A DNA stretch of 64,000 nt from a candidate division WOR-3 bacterium. GTDB lineage: Bacteria; Hydrothermota; Tepidihabitantia; Tepidihabitantales; Tepidihabitantaceae. A program made the position numbers and the translations under genes. The stretch's first letter is position 1. Every line of letters begins with the position of its first letter. The stretch covers positions 96,001 to 160,000 of the forward strand of contig CBFGJX010000001.1 of NCBI GenBank assembly GCA_965649225.1. Reading direction: 5' to 3'. Below, in pieces: positions 47,335 to 57,994 of the stretch. The notes below the pieces were generated by a model. It saw only the letters and a list, made by a program, of their open reading frames with translations, was not told where the DNA came from and made no database searches.

Positions 47335-48533
47335 TCAGTGTCTTACACCAACTCTATGCAAGACAAAACAAGCCAATACCGGTCGGTGGTCAGATACGCT
47401 GTCTGGATACCAGCGAAGTTCATCATCAAGCCTGATCGTCTCAACCCGGCCCGCACCGTATTCGGTCAAAGCATCTCGGGTCACAAGAATGTGATCGATC
47501 AACCCCCCGCCGATATAGGACGCATTGCGACTGTCACCCGCCAAGGGCCGGGTCAGAAAATGGTAACGGAAAGAGTCTGCGATGAAGGACTGAAATGAAT
47601 TCTGTTCGAACTCCCGGTCGACTTCATCATTGAAGTCACCGGCAACGACAAAATCAGGGTCCGCACCGGCCGCGAGACAGCTGTCAATGTAGTTCTTGAT
47701 CAAACGACATGTCGTTCTTCGCATCGCCAAATCTTCATTTGACCTTCCGGATTTCAGATGAACGACAATCAACTCAAAGTCGAACAGCCGCCCTGAAACT
47801 TCAGTCACAACCCGCATACAAAGCGGCGGCCGCACCACTGAATCATTGCCCCACAGTATCTGCCGAACATTGCTGACTGACACCGTGTTGCGTCGATAGA
47901 TCACCCCTGTCTTCTGGTAGGTGCGCCCATAATCGTCCCGCGAATAGTTTCCACCGTAACCGACCAAACCGGCCAAAAGAGAACTGAACGCCGCCGTATC
48001 GGCAATCTCCTGAATGGCAATCAAGTCCAGCTCCAGCGAACTGACTATTGCCTGAACCTTGTCAATCGTCTGGCGACCCGCCTTCGGAAAGTTTTCGATG
48101 TTCCATGTCGCCAAATCGAAAGTCGAGTCGGTGCCCCGGGGACGAACAACCCCGCCGTAGCGACATTCGAAAGAGCGCATTGCTTTGAGCGACCTGACGC
48201 CGAGGCTGTCAACCGCCTGAACGACAAATGTGTGCGCTCCCACCGGCAGATTGCGGTAGACGATTTCTTCGGCGCCGGTGAAAGTTGAGGCGTCAAGCGA
48301 ATCCAGCGCCAAGTAATACCCGAGCAGGTTGCCATCTCGATCAGCACCACGCCAGGCGAAGTATGCCGTATCAACGTTGACAATCCCCTGAGGGCCTGCG
48401 ACGATCAAGACGGTAGGTGGTGAATTGCCGTGCCGGTTTTCACTATCGCAGGCACCGGTAATCAGCAAAAACCCAAGCGCAGATACAACCGCGGCGAGCG
48501 AAAAAAGACGAGGCGGCCTGCAAGCCGCCTCAT
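47335..48533 (-). CDS. Lipoprotein with Ig-like domain and DNase I-like endonuclease/exonuclease/phosphatase domain (start unresolved)
   Basis: Lipobox-like ITGAC. ATWNIENF, IAIQEI, VHLKS, AGDFND, IDHI and SDHRPV motifs. Confidence 0.8.
48501..48531 (-). terminator. Intrinsic terminator after tRNA-Glu / S10-spc transcript
   Basis: GAGGCGGC-TTGCAG-GCCGCCTC then GTCTTTTTT. Confidence 0.7.
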
Positions 48534-48607
48534 AGCCCCATGGGGATTTGAACCCCAGTCTTCTGGCTGAGAACCAGATGTCCTGGGCCAGGCTAGACGA
48601 TGGGGCC
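48533..48607 (-). tRNA. tRNA-Glu(CTC), no encoded CCA
   Basis: GGCCCCATCGTCTAGCCTGGCCCAGGACATCTGGTTCTCAGCCAGAAGACTGGGGTTCAAATCCCCATGGGGCTA folds as a cloverleaf. Confidence 0.95.
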
Positions 48608-48684
48608 ACGGTTTCCGTGTCACCAACTATCAAACTACTGCACCCCGGCCTTCGCGACGGTGCGGAAGGCCCGGTCGCAAGAAG

Positions 48685-49257
48685 CTAGGCCTGCGCCCCG
48701 GCAGCCCGCTTGCCGGCCTTCTTGCGGACTCGTTCTCCCCGGTAACGAATTCCCTTGCCCTGATAGCTGTCGGGAGGGCGAATCGATCGAATCCTGGCAG
48801 CAAGATCGCCGACAGCCTGGCGATCAACGCCCTTAATGGTAATTACAAACATCTGAACCTTGACGTCGTCAGGGTTGGGCATTTGTGCAACATCAAAGGT
48901 GATTCCGGACGGAGCAGGAATGTCAACGTTGTGCGAAAAGCCGCAGTTGAGTTGAATGCCGTCCTTGGTTTTCTGAACCCTGTAGCCCATTCCGCGAACT
49001 TCAAGCACAATCTCATGCCCATCAGTGACATCAACCAGAGCGTTACGAATATGCGCCCTTGTTGTGCCAATCAACGCCCGATCGGTGGCCGGCGAACTGC
49101 CATTGACAACAATGCTCGACCCCTCAACGGCTACAACGACCCCGGTCGGGATCGGAACCGAAACACTGCCCTGCTTGCCCTTTATCAGGACAGATTCGGC
49201 CTGAGTCCTTGCTTCTACACCCTTGGGTATTACCAGCGGACGATAGTTCTTTGCCAT
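48685..49257 (-). CDS. rplF: 50S ribosomal protein L6
   Basis: GTTRAHIRN, GMGYRV, GFSH and RPPDSYQGKGIRY motifs. Confidence 0.95.
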   Translation of the reverse strand: MAKNYRPLVIPKGVEARTQAESVLIKGKQGSVSVPIPTGVVVAVEGSSIVVNGSSPATDRALIGTTRAHIRNALVDVTDGHEIVLEVRGMGYRVQKTKDGIQLNCGFSHNVDIPAPSGITFDVAQMPNPDDVKVQMFVITIKGVDRQAVGDLAARIRSIRPPDSYQGKGIRYRGERVRKKAGKRAAGAQA

Positions 49258-49264
49258 TGAGGCA

Positions 49265-49654
49265 TCACCAGACCTTGCAGACCACTTCTCCGCCAACGTG
49301 CTTGCGCCGAGCTTCGCGGTCGCTCAGGACCCCACGCGGCGTCGATAGCACAGCCAACCCCAGACCTCCGATGACCTTGGGAATCTCGTTTGCGCCAACA
49401 TAGACCCGGCGGCTCTGTCGTGAAACCATCTCAATCCCCCGTATCACCGAAGCTCCATCCTCATCATACTTCAGCGAAACTACTATACGACGACCGGTTC
49501 CTTCCCCTTCGACCTGAAAATTGCTCACAAAGCCTTCTTCCATCAGCACTCGCACAATCTCGTACTTCAGCTTTGAGAAAGGAACAGTCACTTCCTTGTG
49601 CCGTGCGCTGAGACCGTTGCGCAGGCAGGTCAAAAAGTCGGCAATCGGATCCAA
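49265..49654 (-). CDS. rpsH: 30S ribosomal protein S8
   Basis: TTG start after AGGAGG. DPIADFLT.LRN...STPRGV...GGEV. Confidence 0.95.
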   Translation of the reverse strand: MDPIADFLTCLRNGLSARHKEVTVPFSKLKYEIVRVLMEEGFVSNFQVEGEGTGRRIVVSLKYDEDGASVIRGIEMVSRQSRRVYVGANEIPKVIGGLGLAVLSTPRGVLSDREARRKHVGGEVVCKVW

Positions 49655-49667
49655 ACCTGAAAGCCTC

Positions 49668-49853
49668 CTACCAGGTCGCCTTACGGACGCCCGGAATTTC
49701 TCCGCGCAATGCCAGCTCCCTGAAACAAAGCCGGCAGAGAGCGAACTTGCGATATACTGCACGAGCCCGGAAACAACGCTGACAGCGACGGTGACGGCGG
49801 ACAGCAAACTTGGGCTCGCGCTGCGACTTGACGATCCAGCAACGACGCGCCAT
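49668..49853 (-). CDS. rpsN: 30S ribosomal protein S14, zinc-binding type
   Basis: 61 aa with CQRC...CRLC and [11 protein letters not shown]. Confidence 0.95.
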   Translation of the reverse strand: MARRCWIVKSQREPKFAVRRHRRCQRCFRARAVYRKFALCRLCFRELALRGEIPGVRKATW

Positions 49854-50407
49854 CAGCTCCTGACCTTTCGAAACGGCAGATGAAGCTCTTCCAGCAAAGC
49901 CCGGGCTTCATCATCACGTTTCGCACTGGTATGAAAAGTGATATTCATTCCGAAAACCTTCTTCACCTTGGCTACTTCCAGCTCAGGAAACACCACCTGT
50001 TCACTCAACCCAAGACTGTAGCCACCCCGTCCGTCAAAGGAATCAACCGAGAATCCCTGAAAGTCACGGATACGCGGAGCAGCAAAACTGAACAGGCGGT
50101 CAATAAACTCATACATCCGGTTCCCGCGCAAAGTTACTTTCAGCCCCAGAGGCATGCCTTTGCGAATCTTGAAGGCTGATATCGCCCGCCGGGCATAAGT
50201 GCGAACCGGACGCTGACCGGTGATGGCTGCCATATCCTCGGCAATCACGTCCAGCACCTTGGCATCAGCCACTGCGTCCTTAGTGGTCATATTGACCACC
50301 ACCTTCAGGAGCTTGGGAACCTGTTGCAGGTTAGTGTAGCCAAAGCGCGCCTTTAGCGCCGGTATGATGCGCTCGGTATATTCCTTCCTCAACCGGGGCT
50401 CATTCAT
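49853..50407 (-). CDS. rplE: 50S ribosomal protein L5
   Basis: ITGQRP, FKIRKG and PRIRDF.G motifs. Confidence 0.96.
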   Translation of the reverse strand: MNEPRLRKEYTERIIPALKARFGYTNLQQVPKLLKVVVNMTTKDAVADAKVLDVIAEDMAAITGQRPVRTYARRAISAFKIRKGMPLGLKVTLRGNRMYEFIDRLFSFAAPRIRDFQGFSVDSFDGRGGYSLGLSEQVVFPELEVAKVKKVFGMNITFHTSAKRDDEARALLEELHLPFRKVRS

Positions 50408-50724
50408 GCGTCAATTATCTCCTGGCACTGACGACAGATTCGAACCCTGCGGCCTTCATGCGGCTCCCGACGAACACTGGTCCGCTTGCCGCACTTAGGA
50501 CAGAGCAGTGCCACATTGGAAGCATCGATTGGATTCGGCAAGTCAACGATGCCGCCGGGTTTGCCCGCGCCACGCGGCCTCTGGTGCCGTTTCGCGAGAT
50601 TCAGGCCCTCAACGATGACTCGACGATGCCCACGTGAATCGACCTCAACGCGCAGAACCTTGCCTCTGCGACCTCGCTCCTCGCCCGTTATCACTTCAAC
50701 CAAATCACCCTTGCGCAGGTTCAC
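50404..50724 (-). CDS. rplX: 50S ribosomal protein L24
   Basis: KGD.V.VITG, VEGLN and SNV motifs, with CPKC/CRQC. Confidence 0.95.
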   Translation of the reverse strand: MNLRKGDLVEVITGEERGRRGKVLRVEVDSRGHRRVIVEGLNLAKRHQRPRGAGKPGGIVDLPNPIDASNVALLCPKCGKRTSVRREPHEGRRVRICRQCQEIIDA

Positions 50725-51092
50725 TAAACCACCTCCGGCGCCAGCGAGATGATCTTGGTAAACCTTCGTTCGCGCAACTCGCGCGCAACCGGCCCGAAGA
50801 CCCGGGTCCCCTTCGGTTCTCCCTTATCGTCAATCAGTACGCACGCGTTGTCGTCGAAGCGAACATAGGTTCCGTCATCGCGCCGATGTTCCTTGCGAGT
50901 CCGGACGATCACGGCCTTGGACTTGTCGCCTTCCTTGATCGCACCGGCCGGCAGTGCATCCTTGACCGTTACCATCACGGTATCGCCAAGCCAGCCGAAA
51001 CGGCGCTTCGAACCGCCGTAAATCTTGATTACCATGGCAACTCTCGCGCCGGAATTGTCGGCCACGACCAAACGACTGTATTCTTGAATCAT
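50724..51092 (-). CDS. rplN: 50S ribosomal protein L14
   Basis: MIQ...VADNSGA...FDDNA...GTRVFGPV...SLAPEV. Confidence 0.97.
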   Translation of the reverse strand: MIQEYSRLVVADNSGARVAMVIKIYGGSKRRFGWLGDTVMVTVKDALPAGAIKEGDKSKAVIVRTRKEHRRDDGTYVRFDDNACVLIDDKGEPKGTRVFGPVARELRERRFTKIISLAPEVV

Positions 51093-51328
51093 ACCTTCTT
51101 GACGACGCGCCAGCGCTTGAGTCGAGACAACGGACGAGTCTCGACAATAAGCACCTTGTCGCCCTCCTGACATTCAGCTCGCTCGTCGTGAGCGTAGAAC
51201 CTGCTGCGCTTCTTGATGTACTTCTTATATTTGGGATGCAGCTCCAAACGGTCAACTGATACAACCACCGTCTTCTGCATCTTGGCCGAACTCACAACCC
51301 CGATCACTGTCCGGCGAGGCTTACGCAT
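51089..51328 (-). CDS. rpsQ: 30S ribosomal protein S17
   Basis: [14 protein letters not shown] and ETRPLS motifs. Confidence 0.96.
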   Translation of the reverse strand: MRKPRRTVIGVVSSAKMQKTVVVSVDRLELHPKYKKYIKKRSRFYAHDERAECQEGDKVLIVETRPLSRLKRWRVVKKV

Positions 51329-51539
51329 TTCGGTTCTCCGTCCGGCTGGTAGTACTCATCATCTCACGCAGCACTGTTTCGCACCTGGCGATGTCGCGCC
51401 GCAGCATCCTGAGCCGCAACGGATTTGGCAGCTCCTCCCCGGAGCGCCGCAATCGCAGCTTCAGCATTTCATCACGCAGCTCAGCAAGCCGGCGCATGAT
51501 GTCGTCACGCGTCATCTCGCGCAAGTCAGAAGCCTTCAC
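51321..51539 (-). CDS. rpmC: 50S ribosomal protein L29
   Basis: GTG start after GAGGAG. KASDLRE...NP...RRDIAR. Confidence 0.93.
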   Translation of the reverse strand: MKASDLREMTRDDIMRRLAELRDEMLKLRLRRSGEELPNPLRLRMLRRDIARCETVLREMMSTTSRTENRNA

Positions 51540-51954
51540 AAGTAATCTCCTCGCGCTCAACTATTCTGGTCCGACACGGCATCTTGCTCCCAGCCAGCCT
51601 TAGGGCGACTCGAGCCTCCTGAGTCGGCACGCCGCCGAGTTCGAACAAAACGGTTCCCGGCTTGACAACACTAACCCAGAGCTCAGGAGTTCCCTTGCCC
51701 TTCCCCATTCGCGATTCGGCTGCCTTCTTGGTAACCGGCTTGTCAGGGAAAATCCTGATCCAAAGCTTACCGGAACGCTTCAAGGCCTTCGCCAGACAGA
51801 CGCGGGCCGCCTCAATCTGACGGGCAGTCACCCAGCACGGCTCTAGAGCCATCAACCCATGTTCGCCAAAGTCAACACGGTTTGCTCTCGTCGCCTTGCC
51901 CTTCATCCGTCCCCGCATTGCCTTTCGGTACTTAACCCGCTTTGGCATCAACAT
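51526..51954 (-). CDS. rplP: 50S ribosomal protein L16
   Basis: [18 protein letters not shown] and RMGKGKG motifs. Confidence 0.97.
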   Translation of the reverse strand: MLMPKRVKYRKAMRGRMKGKATRANRVDFGEHGLMALEPCWVTARQIEAARVCLAKALKRSGKLWIRIFPDKPVTKKAAESRMGKGKGTPELWVSVVKPGTVLFELGGVPTQEARVALRLAGSKMPCRTRIVEREEITCEGF

Positions 51955-51970
51955 GGCTTCAATTCCTCAG

Positions 51971-52597
51971 CTAGTGGGCTATATCGCCCTTGTATATCCA
52001 AACCTTGACCCCGACAGTTCCCGCGATTGTGCGCGCGACTTCAACCGCGTAGTCAATGTCGGCCCTCAGGGTCTGAAGCGGAACCCGCCCTTCGCGATAC
52101 CATTCGCTGCGGGCAATCTCGTTGCCGCCAAGCCGGCCGGCCACCATCACCTTTATACCAAGAGCTCCAAGCCTCATCACTTGAGTGACAGCCCGCTTCA
52201 TAGCCCGACGATGTGCAACGCGCTGCTCCAGCTGACGGGCAATGTTCTGGGCGACAAGCCTGGCCTCCAGTTCAGGCACTCGCACGACTTCGACCTGGAT
52301 TTGGACATCGTGACCAACCAGCTGTCGAACCTCCTCGCGCAGCGCATCCAGAGCCTGGCGCCTTGCGCCAAAGACCATGCCCGGACGGGCGGTGTGAATC
52401 GTAACGGTCGTGCGATTGGCGACCCGCTTTATCTGAATATCAGCTATCATCGCCTCGGCAAGCTTGGTTTCCAGGTAGCGCCGAATCTTAAGGTCCTCAT
52501 GCAGGAAGGTGCGATAGTTCTTACGGTCGAACCAAGCCGACTTCCAGTCCTTGGTAATGCCCAGCCGAAAGCCCAACGGATGTGTCTTCTGCCCCAT
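51971..52597 (-). CDS. rpsC: 30S ribosomal protein S3
   Basis: MGQKTHP.GFRLG, GRLGG.EIAR and PLQTLRADID motifs. Confidence 0.97.
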   Translation of the reverse strand: MGQKTHPLGFRLGITKDWKSAWFDRKNYRTFLHEDLKIRRYLETKLAEAMIADIQIKRVANRTTVTIHTARPGMVFGARRQALDALREEVRQLVGHDVQIQVEVVRVPELEARLVAQNIARQLEQRVAHRRAMKRAVTQVMRLGALGIKVMVAGRLGGNEIARSEWYREGRVPLQTLRADIDYAVEVARTIAGTVGVKVWIYKGDIAH

Positions 52598-52600
52598 TGA

Positions 52601-52960
52601 CTAGACCCTGGCTCCCTTCTTAGTTACCACCCGGACATGAACGTGGACCATTCGCTTGCGAATCGGGGTTGCGCTACCCCTAGGCCCCGGTTGCCAACGT
52701 TTCATGATTGGCCCGGGAGTAACCCGCACCTCAGCTACCACAAGGTCCTCTTCACGCAGCTTGGCCTTACCGGCCTTGGCAATGGCATTTGCAACTGCTG
52801 AACGCAGTGTTTTCTGAACCGGCAGTTTGGACGGCTTGGCCAAGAATGCAAGTGTTCGCAGCGCCGTGGTAACATCCTGCCCCCGCACCAAGTCGGCGAC
52901 CAAAGCCAGCTTCTTGGCTGAACCGCGCTGGAATCTGCTCACCGCCATCGCTTCCAGCAT
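52601..52960 (-). CDS. rplV: 50S ribosomal protein L22
   Basis: SAKKL.LVADLVRG, SAVANA and GP.MKR motifs. Confidence 0.95.
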   Translation of the reverse strand: MLEAMAVSRFQRGSAKKLALVADLVRGQDVTTALRTLAFLAKPSKLPVQKTLRSAVANAIAKAGKAKLREEDLVVAEVRVTPGPIMKRWQPGPRGSATPIRKRMVHVHVRVVTKKGARV

Positions 52961-52961
52961 G

Positions 52962-53249
52962 CTACTTCTTCTCCTCGCCTTTTTCCTTGCGCTGGCCCGA
53001 GTGCTGTCGGAATGTCCGGGTCGGCGCAAACTCACCAAGACGATGCCCCACCATCCGTTCGGTTATGTAAACGGGCAGAAAACGGTTGCCATTGTGGACT
53101 GCGATCGTCTGCCCGACGAACTCCGGTGGAATCACGCTTCGTCGGGCATAGGTCTTCAGAGTACGTTTCTCGCCCGACTCAAGCAGTTGCCGGACACGTC
53201 GAAAGAGCTTTTCGTCAATGTATGGGCCCTTGCGAATTGACCGTCCCAT
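52962..53249 (-). CDS. rpsS: 30S ribosomal protein S19
   Basis: [12 protein letters not shown] and [13 protein letters not shown] motifs. Confidence 0.97.
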   Translation of the reverse strand: MGRSIRKGPYIDEKLFRRVRQLLESGEKRTLKTYARRSVIPPEFVGQTIAVHNGNRFLPVYITERMVGHRLGEFAPTRTFRQHSGQRKEKGEEKK

Positions 53250-54076
53250 CAGCGCTTTCTCCTCTGAACTATCCAGCGGGTTGACTGCTTCTTTGGATTG
53301 CGAGTTCGATAACCCTTCGCCGGAATACCACGTTCAGAACAAGGATGCCGTCCGCCCGAGCTCTTGCCCTCGCCACCGCCCATCGGATGATCAATCGGAT
53401 TCATGGCGACCGCCCGAACACGGGGACGACGTCCGCGGTGTCGAACCCTTCCCGCCTTGCCGACCGATACGTCTTTATGCTCCGGATTGGAAACGCGACC
53501 GACGGTGGCCATACAGGCCTTGTGAAACTTGCGCAATTCGCCCGAAGGAAGCTTCACGACTGCAAGATCGTCTTCCTTGGCCATCAGCTGGGCTGCAGTC
53601 CCAGCCGATCGAACAAGAAAGGAATTACTCTGAGGGTAGAGTTGAAGGTTGTGTATCTCGATCCCAGCCGGCATATCACCCAACGGCATCGCATTACCTT
53701 CGCGAATCGGCAGATTGCGGCCGGACATGACTGTATCGCCGACCTTCAAACCCATCGGGCACAGAATGTAACGGTACTCGCCGTCAGCATGAGCTACCAA
53801 AGCTATCCGACTAGATCGATTCGGGTCATACTCAATGGATACCACCCGGCCAGGCACGCCCGTCTTGTCGCGTCGAAAGTCGATGATTCGATAATGGCGT
53901 CTCTCACCGCCCCCCCGACATTTCGCCGTAATTCTCCCCGTGTTGTTTCTTCCGGCCGTCTTCCGCTTAGGCTCGGTCAACGGCCGATACGGCTCCTGTC
54001 GGGTCAAATCATCCCGTGTAATGACACTGTAATAGCGTCGCGCCGGGGTGATCGGTCGATAACTCTTTGTCGGCAT
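53249..54076 (-). CDS. rplB: 50S ribosomal protein L2
   Basis: [17 protein letters not shown] and [14 protein letters not shown] motifs. Confidence 0.97.
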   Translation of the reverse strand: MPTKSYRPITPARRYYSVITRDDLTRQEPYRPLTEPKRKTAGRNNTGRITAKCRGGGERRHYRIIDFRRDKTGVPGRVVSIEYDPNRSSRIALVAHADGEYRYILCPMGLKVGDTVMSGRNLPIREGNAMPLGDMPAGIEIHNLQLYPQSNSFLVRSAGTAAQLMAKEDDLAVVKLPSGELRKFHKACMATVGRVSNPEHKDVSVGKAGRVRHRGRRPRVRAVAMNPIDHPMGGGEGKSSGGRHPCSERGIPAKGYRTRNPKKQSTRWIVQRRKR

Positions 54077-54078
54077 CT

Positions 54079-54366
54079 TCAGCGCTCCAATGCCTCGATC
54101 GTCTCGCCCTGTTTGATCGTGACGACCGCCTTCTTCCAATCTGGCCGACGCCCTTGGAATCGCCCCATGCGCTTGACTTTACCACGCATGTTCACAACCC
54201 GGACATCGGTAACGTGGACCTTGAAAAGACGCTCAACAGCACGACGAATGTCGATCTTGTTCGCAGCAACCGCCACCCGAAAGGTGTAGCTGTTAGCCTC
54301 TGCCTTCAGTCGTTCCGATTTCTCCGTGACAACTGCACCAACGATGACCCGATCTGCCTCAACCAT
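54079..54366 (-). CDS. rplW: 50S ribosomal protein L23
   Basis: VTEKS, ANK.DI..AVE.LF and WKKA.V motifs. Confidence 0.96.
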   Translation of the reverse strand: MVEADRVIVGAVVTEKSERLKAEANSYTFRVAVAANKIDIRRAVERLFKVHVTDVRVVNMRGKVKRMGRFQGRRPDWKKAVVTIKQGETIEALER

Positions 54367-54992
54367 TACGCGACTCCCGCGTTCCTTGTCAGCACTGCCA
54401 ATGCGCTTTCCGTCACAACAACCCAGTCAGGTCGTAGGATAGCGTAAGGCGCCACACGATCCGCTGCAACGACTTCAAGCCCGGGAATATTTCGACTGGC
54501 GCGCCTCAATTCAACAGGAACAGTATCAACCATCAGCAGAACAGAACCCTTCACGCCTATACCTGCTAGAATCTTGGCCATTTCGCTAGTCTTGGGGGCT
54601 GGCAGCTGGAAATCCTCCATGACCAGCAAAGCTCCGGCTGCATGACGCTCCGAAAGAGCCATACAGAGTGCCCGGCGACGGAGCTTCTTGGGCAACTCGT
54701 AGCTATAATCGCGGGGACGGGGGCCAAAAACAACACCGCCCCCACGGAAAATCGGACTCCGCCGTGAGCCATGACGTGCCCGCCCAGTGTGCTTCTGACG
54801 ATAGGGTTTTTTCCCGGTGCCCGAAACCTCAGCCCGGGTCTTGGTACAGCTGTTGCCTTGACGCTGATTCGCCAAGTAGCAGCGCACCGACTCCCAGAGT
54901 ATACCGCTGGACGCGCTGACCCCGAAAACAGCTTCAGGCAAGGTCACCTTGCCCTTGATTGCACCAGTAGCAGTCTTGACTTCGGTTTCCAT
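54366..54992 (-). CDS. rplD: 50S ribosomal protein L4
   Basis: [22 protein letters not shown] and [12 protein letters not shown] motifs. Confidence 0.96.
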   Translation of the reverse strand: METEVKTATGAIKGKVTLPEAVFGVSASSGILWESVRCYLANQRQGNSCTKTRAEVSGTGKKPYRQKHTGRARHGSRRSPIFRGGGVVFGPRPRDYSYELPKKLRRRALCMALSERHAAGALLVMEDFQLPAPKTSEMAKILAGIGVKGSVLLMVDTVPVELRRASRNIPGLEVVAADRVAPYAILRPDWVVVTESALAVLTRNAGVA

Positions 54993-55000
54993 GGGAAGCT

Positions 55001-55615
55001 TCAAACCTTCTTCACCACCAACAGACCACCCCGGTGTCCAGGAACAGCCCCATGAACATAGAGCAATCCCTGTTGCGGATCGACTCGGACCACTTTGAGG
55101 TTTCTCACCGTTACTCGTTCAACGCCGTAATGACCTGCCATTGTTCTGCCGGGCAGAACCCGCCCGGGAGAAGTACCAGAGCCGGCCGAACCAATCCGTC
55201 GATGCGTCATCGAACCATGCGAAGCCGGCCCGCCTCTCCATCCCCATCGCCTTACGCCACCGGCAAAACCCCGGCCGCGGGTGACACCGGTTACTGCCAC
55301 TTTGTCACCAGGCTGGAACATTTCAACGCCCAAACGGGCACCGACTTTGAAAGCAGAACTGTCGGCAACTCTGATTTCTCTCAGAAAGCGTTTCGGCTCC
55401 ACTCCGGCTTTCTTGTAATGGCCGATCTCTGGTTTGGTAGCCCGGCGGGTTGGACGTCCGATTCCAAGCTGGACTGCCTCGTAGCCGTCCTGCTTAGCTG
55501 TACGTTTGGCGACAACCGTGCAGTCAGGAACAGCAATCGCCGTCGCCGACCAGACAACACCCCTGTCGTCGTAAATCTGGCACATTTCGCGCTTTATCCC
55601 AAGCAAGCCGGTCAT
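55001..55615 (-). CDS. rplC: 50S ribosomal protein L3
   Basis: [19 protein letters not shown] and GAVPG motifs. Confidence 0.96.
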   Translation of the reverse strand: MTGLLGIKREMCQIYDDRGVVWSATAIAVPDCTVVAKRTAKQDGYEAVQLGIGRPTRRATKPEIGHYKKAGVEPKRFLREIRVADSSAFKVGARLGVEMFQPGDKVAVTGVTRGRGFAGGVRRWGWRGGPASHGSMTHRRIGSAGSGTSPGRVLPGRTMAGHYGVERVTVRNLKVVRVDPQQGLLYVHGAVPGHRGGLLVVKKV

Positions 55616-55935
55616 GCCGATTTAATCTCCACTTCAACGCCGGCCGGCACCTCAAGCTTCATCAATGCGTCAACCATCTCGGCCGTAGCGTTGGATATCT
55701 CAATCAACCGCTTGTGTACCCGCAACTCAAACTGCTCGCGCGAGCGCTTATCCACGTGCGGTGAACGAAGCACTGTAAACAACGTACGCTTAGTCGGCAA
55801 AGGAACGGGCCCCGACACCTGTGCCCCGGTGCGCTTGGCCACATCAACAATATCGCGAGCAGACTGGTCAAGGACACGGTTATCGTGTGCTTTCAGCTTT
55901 ATGCGAATCTTTTTCGAGCTTCTTATTAAACTCAT
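55612..55935 (-). CDS. rpsJ: 30S ribosomal protein S10
   Basis: [15 protein letters not shown] and [14 protein letters not shown] motifs. Confidence 0.97.
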   Translation of the reverse strand: MSLIRSSKKIRIKLKAHDNRVLDQSARDIVDVAKRTGAQVSGPVPLPTKRTLFTVLRSPHVDKRSREQFELRVHKRLIEISNATAEMVDALMKLEVPAGVEVEIKSA

Positions 55936-56047
55936 GTCAAATCATAAAAGCCAATGCGACCAATCAGTTCGTCTTCAATCCTTTGCTCTTTTGCGCTGGG
56001 GCCTGAAGTCTAGTTCGGCCCGATCGCCGCTCTGGCGAAAGCCGGAC

Positions 56048-56075
56048 AATATACTAACATCGGCCGCGATGTCAA
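56048..56075 (-). promoter_or_regulatory. sigma70-like promoter of the S10 operon
   Basis: TTGACA-N16-TATATT about 110 nt upstream of rpsJ. Confidence 0.7.
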
Positions 56076-56103
56076 TAGCTGATTTGACCCATGTCAAGGT
56101 TGG

Positions 56104-57807
56104 TCATCGCCTTGCACGCTGCAGCGTCTCAAGCTCAGCCAGCAGCTGCCGAAACAACCCGCTTCCCGGGTCCAGGCCGACCGCGCGTCGAGCAGACACG
56201 ACGGCTTCATCGATGCTACCGCGTCTCTGCAACATCCGGGCAAGATTATAGGCTATCCCGGCATCGCTTGGATCCAATTCAGCAGCACGCTTCAAACAGC
56301 CAATTGCCCCAGCGGCGTCTCCTCGAAGATGAAGCACAATGCCAAGATTGTTGTACGCCAAGGCATATTCCGGCATCAAGGCAATAGCCCGACGATATGC
56401 CTCCTCGGCTTCATCCAAACGCCGAACCGCCTGTAATGAAGCCCCAAGGTTGGACCAGGCAAGGCCTTGGCTTGAGTCCAAAGCTATCACCTGCCGGTAG
56501 CAACTGATCGCCCCTTCCAGGTCGCCCAGTTTGCGCAGCTCAAACGCAAGATTGAAGTATCCGGCAGGGTTGCCCGGTGACTCAACTGTCATCCGCTGGT
56601 AAAGCTCAAAGCTATTTCGCCATACGCCCGAACGCCGGATCGCCAAGAGCACAAAACCTGCCACCAGAACGACACTTACAACAACCAGCACTACGGCAAT
56701 CTGCCGCCCCCGGGCAGCTAGGCGCGAAAGAAAAACAGCGCAAAAGGGAACAAACGCAACGGCTGGCAGATAGAAACATCGCCCCAAGGGCCCGAACTGA
56801 GCCAACGCTGATGCGGGAACCACCAATGCAACGGCTGACGACCAGAGAACGATTCGACTATCTCTACTTGCGTTCTTGTGGCGCATCAGAAACCAACCAA
56901 AACAAATAAAAATACCGAGTGGTAACAGCCAAAGAGTCGGCCGACTGAGCTCTGCACCATCCCAGGCGAAGACACGCCGCGAAAATGGCACCAAACCAAA
57001 AAGCATGGTCCTTCCGGCGTTATTGAGGGCCAAGGTCAGCGAAGCACCTGAGACTTCGGACAGGTTCATGCCCGCTGCGGAACCCAACACCAGACGGCGG
57101 ATCACCAGATACACCAAGGTGATCACGATACAGCCACCTGACAGCACCCATTTGCTGGTGAATTGCGGCCGGCGCCGCACAAGCAGCACGATGCCGATGC
57201 AAATCACCGCCATAATCAGTGCCGCTTCCTTTGCGAACAGAGCGATAGCCAGCCCACCCCAGATAAGAGCCACGTGACGCCAACGCTGCAGATTCAACCA
57301 GCGCAACAGACCACCGAGCATCAACGCGATTCCTAAAGCGCAAATTATGTCAGTACGCCCACTTACGTAACCAACACTATCGGCAAGCATTGGATGAACG
57401 CCGAATATCATTCCGGCCCCGCAAGCGGCAAGGACTGGTGCGCCGGTCACGATTGTCAATACGTAAACCAAAACTGCATTGAAGCTGTGCAACAAACAAT
57501 TGACCAAGTGATAGTACCATGCCGAACCGCGACCAATAATCCGGTCAAGCCTGAGGCTGAAGTTTACCAATGGTCGGTAATAGGGATCGTCGCCCAACAG
57601 ACGAGTAGTGTGGCCATGCCAGAAGCTCTGTCCGAAAGCAGACAAAGGGGCATCTCGATTCAGCTGTACAAGGTCGACGTCATCCCAGACCAAGAGGAAT
57701 CTTACGGTCGGTAGATAGACCGCCAAAGCTACAACCCAGCACAAGACAGCTGGCAGCCACTTGCTCGCCCTCGGCCGACTGCCGGACTGCAGGGAAGCTC
57801 TGTTCAT
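56104..57807 (-). CDS. TMTC-like GT-C membrane glycosyltransferase with C-terminal TPR repeats
   Basis: WDD after TM1, YYRPL, HPM..DSV.Y.SGR.D and AKE motifs, many TM helices, TPR tail. Confidence 0.8.
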   Translation of the reverse strand: MNRASLQSGSRPRASKWLPAVLCWVVALAVYLPTVRFLLVWDDVDLVQLNRDAPLSAFGQSFWHGHTTRLLGDDPYYRPLVNFSLRLDRIIGRGSAWYYHLVNCLLHSFNAVLVYVLTIVTGAPVLAACGAGMIFGVHPMLADSVGYVSGRTDIICALGIALMLGGLLRWLNLQRWRHVALIWGGLAIALFAKEAALIMAVICIGIVLLVRRRPQFTSKWVLSGGCIVITLVYLVIRRLVLGSAAGMNLSEVSGASLTLALNNAGRTMLFGLVPFSRRVFAWDGAELSRPTLWLLPLGIFICFGWFLMRHKNASRDSRIVLWSSAVALVVPASALAQFGPLGRCFYLPAVAFVPFCAVFLSRLAARGRQIAVVLVVVSVVLVAGFVLLAIRRSGVWRNSFELYQRMTVESPGNPAGYFNLAFELRKLGDLEGAISCYRQVIALDSSQGLAWSNLGASLQAVRRLDEAEEAYRRAIALMPEYALAYNNLGIVLHLRGDAAGAIGCLKRAAELDPSDAGIAYNLARMLQRRGSIDEAVVSARRAVGLDPGSGLFRQLLAELETLQRARR

Positions 57808-57912
57808 GTCCAACAGCATCCTAGCTTCTGGATCAGGCCAGTCAAACTGGCCCCGGGACCGTAACCAACATCCCTTGACTCACTCGGCACTGCCACTATA
57901 CTCAACCGCCTT

Positions 57913-57994
57913 GCGAGGGTGGCGGAACTGGCAGACGCGCTGGACTTAGGATCCAGTCCTCAACAGGGTGGGGGTTCAACTCCCCCTCCTCGCA
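57913..57994 (+). tRNA. tRNA-Leu(TAG), no encoded CCA
   Basis: Acceptor GCGAGGG/TCCTCGC, anticodon arm CTGGA-CTTAGGA-TCCAG. Promoter TTGACT-N16-TATACT at 57875-57902. Confidence 0.95.
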
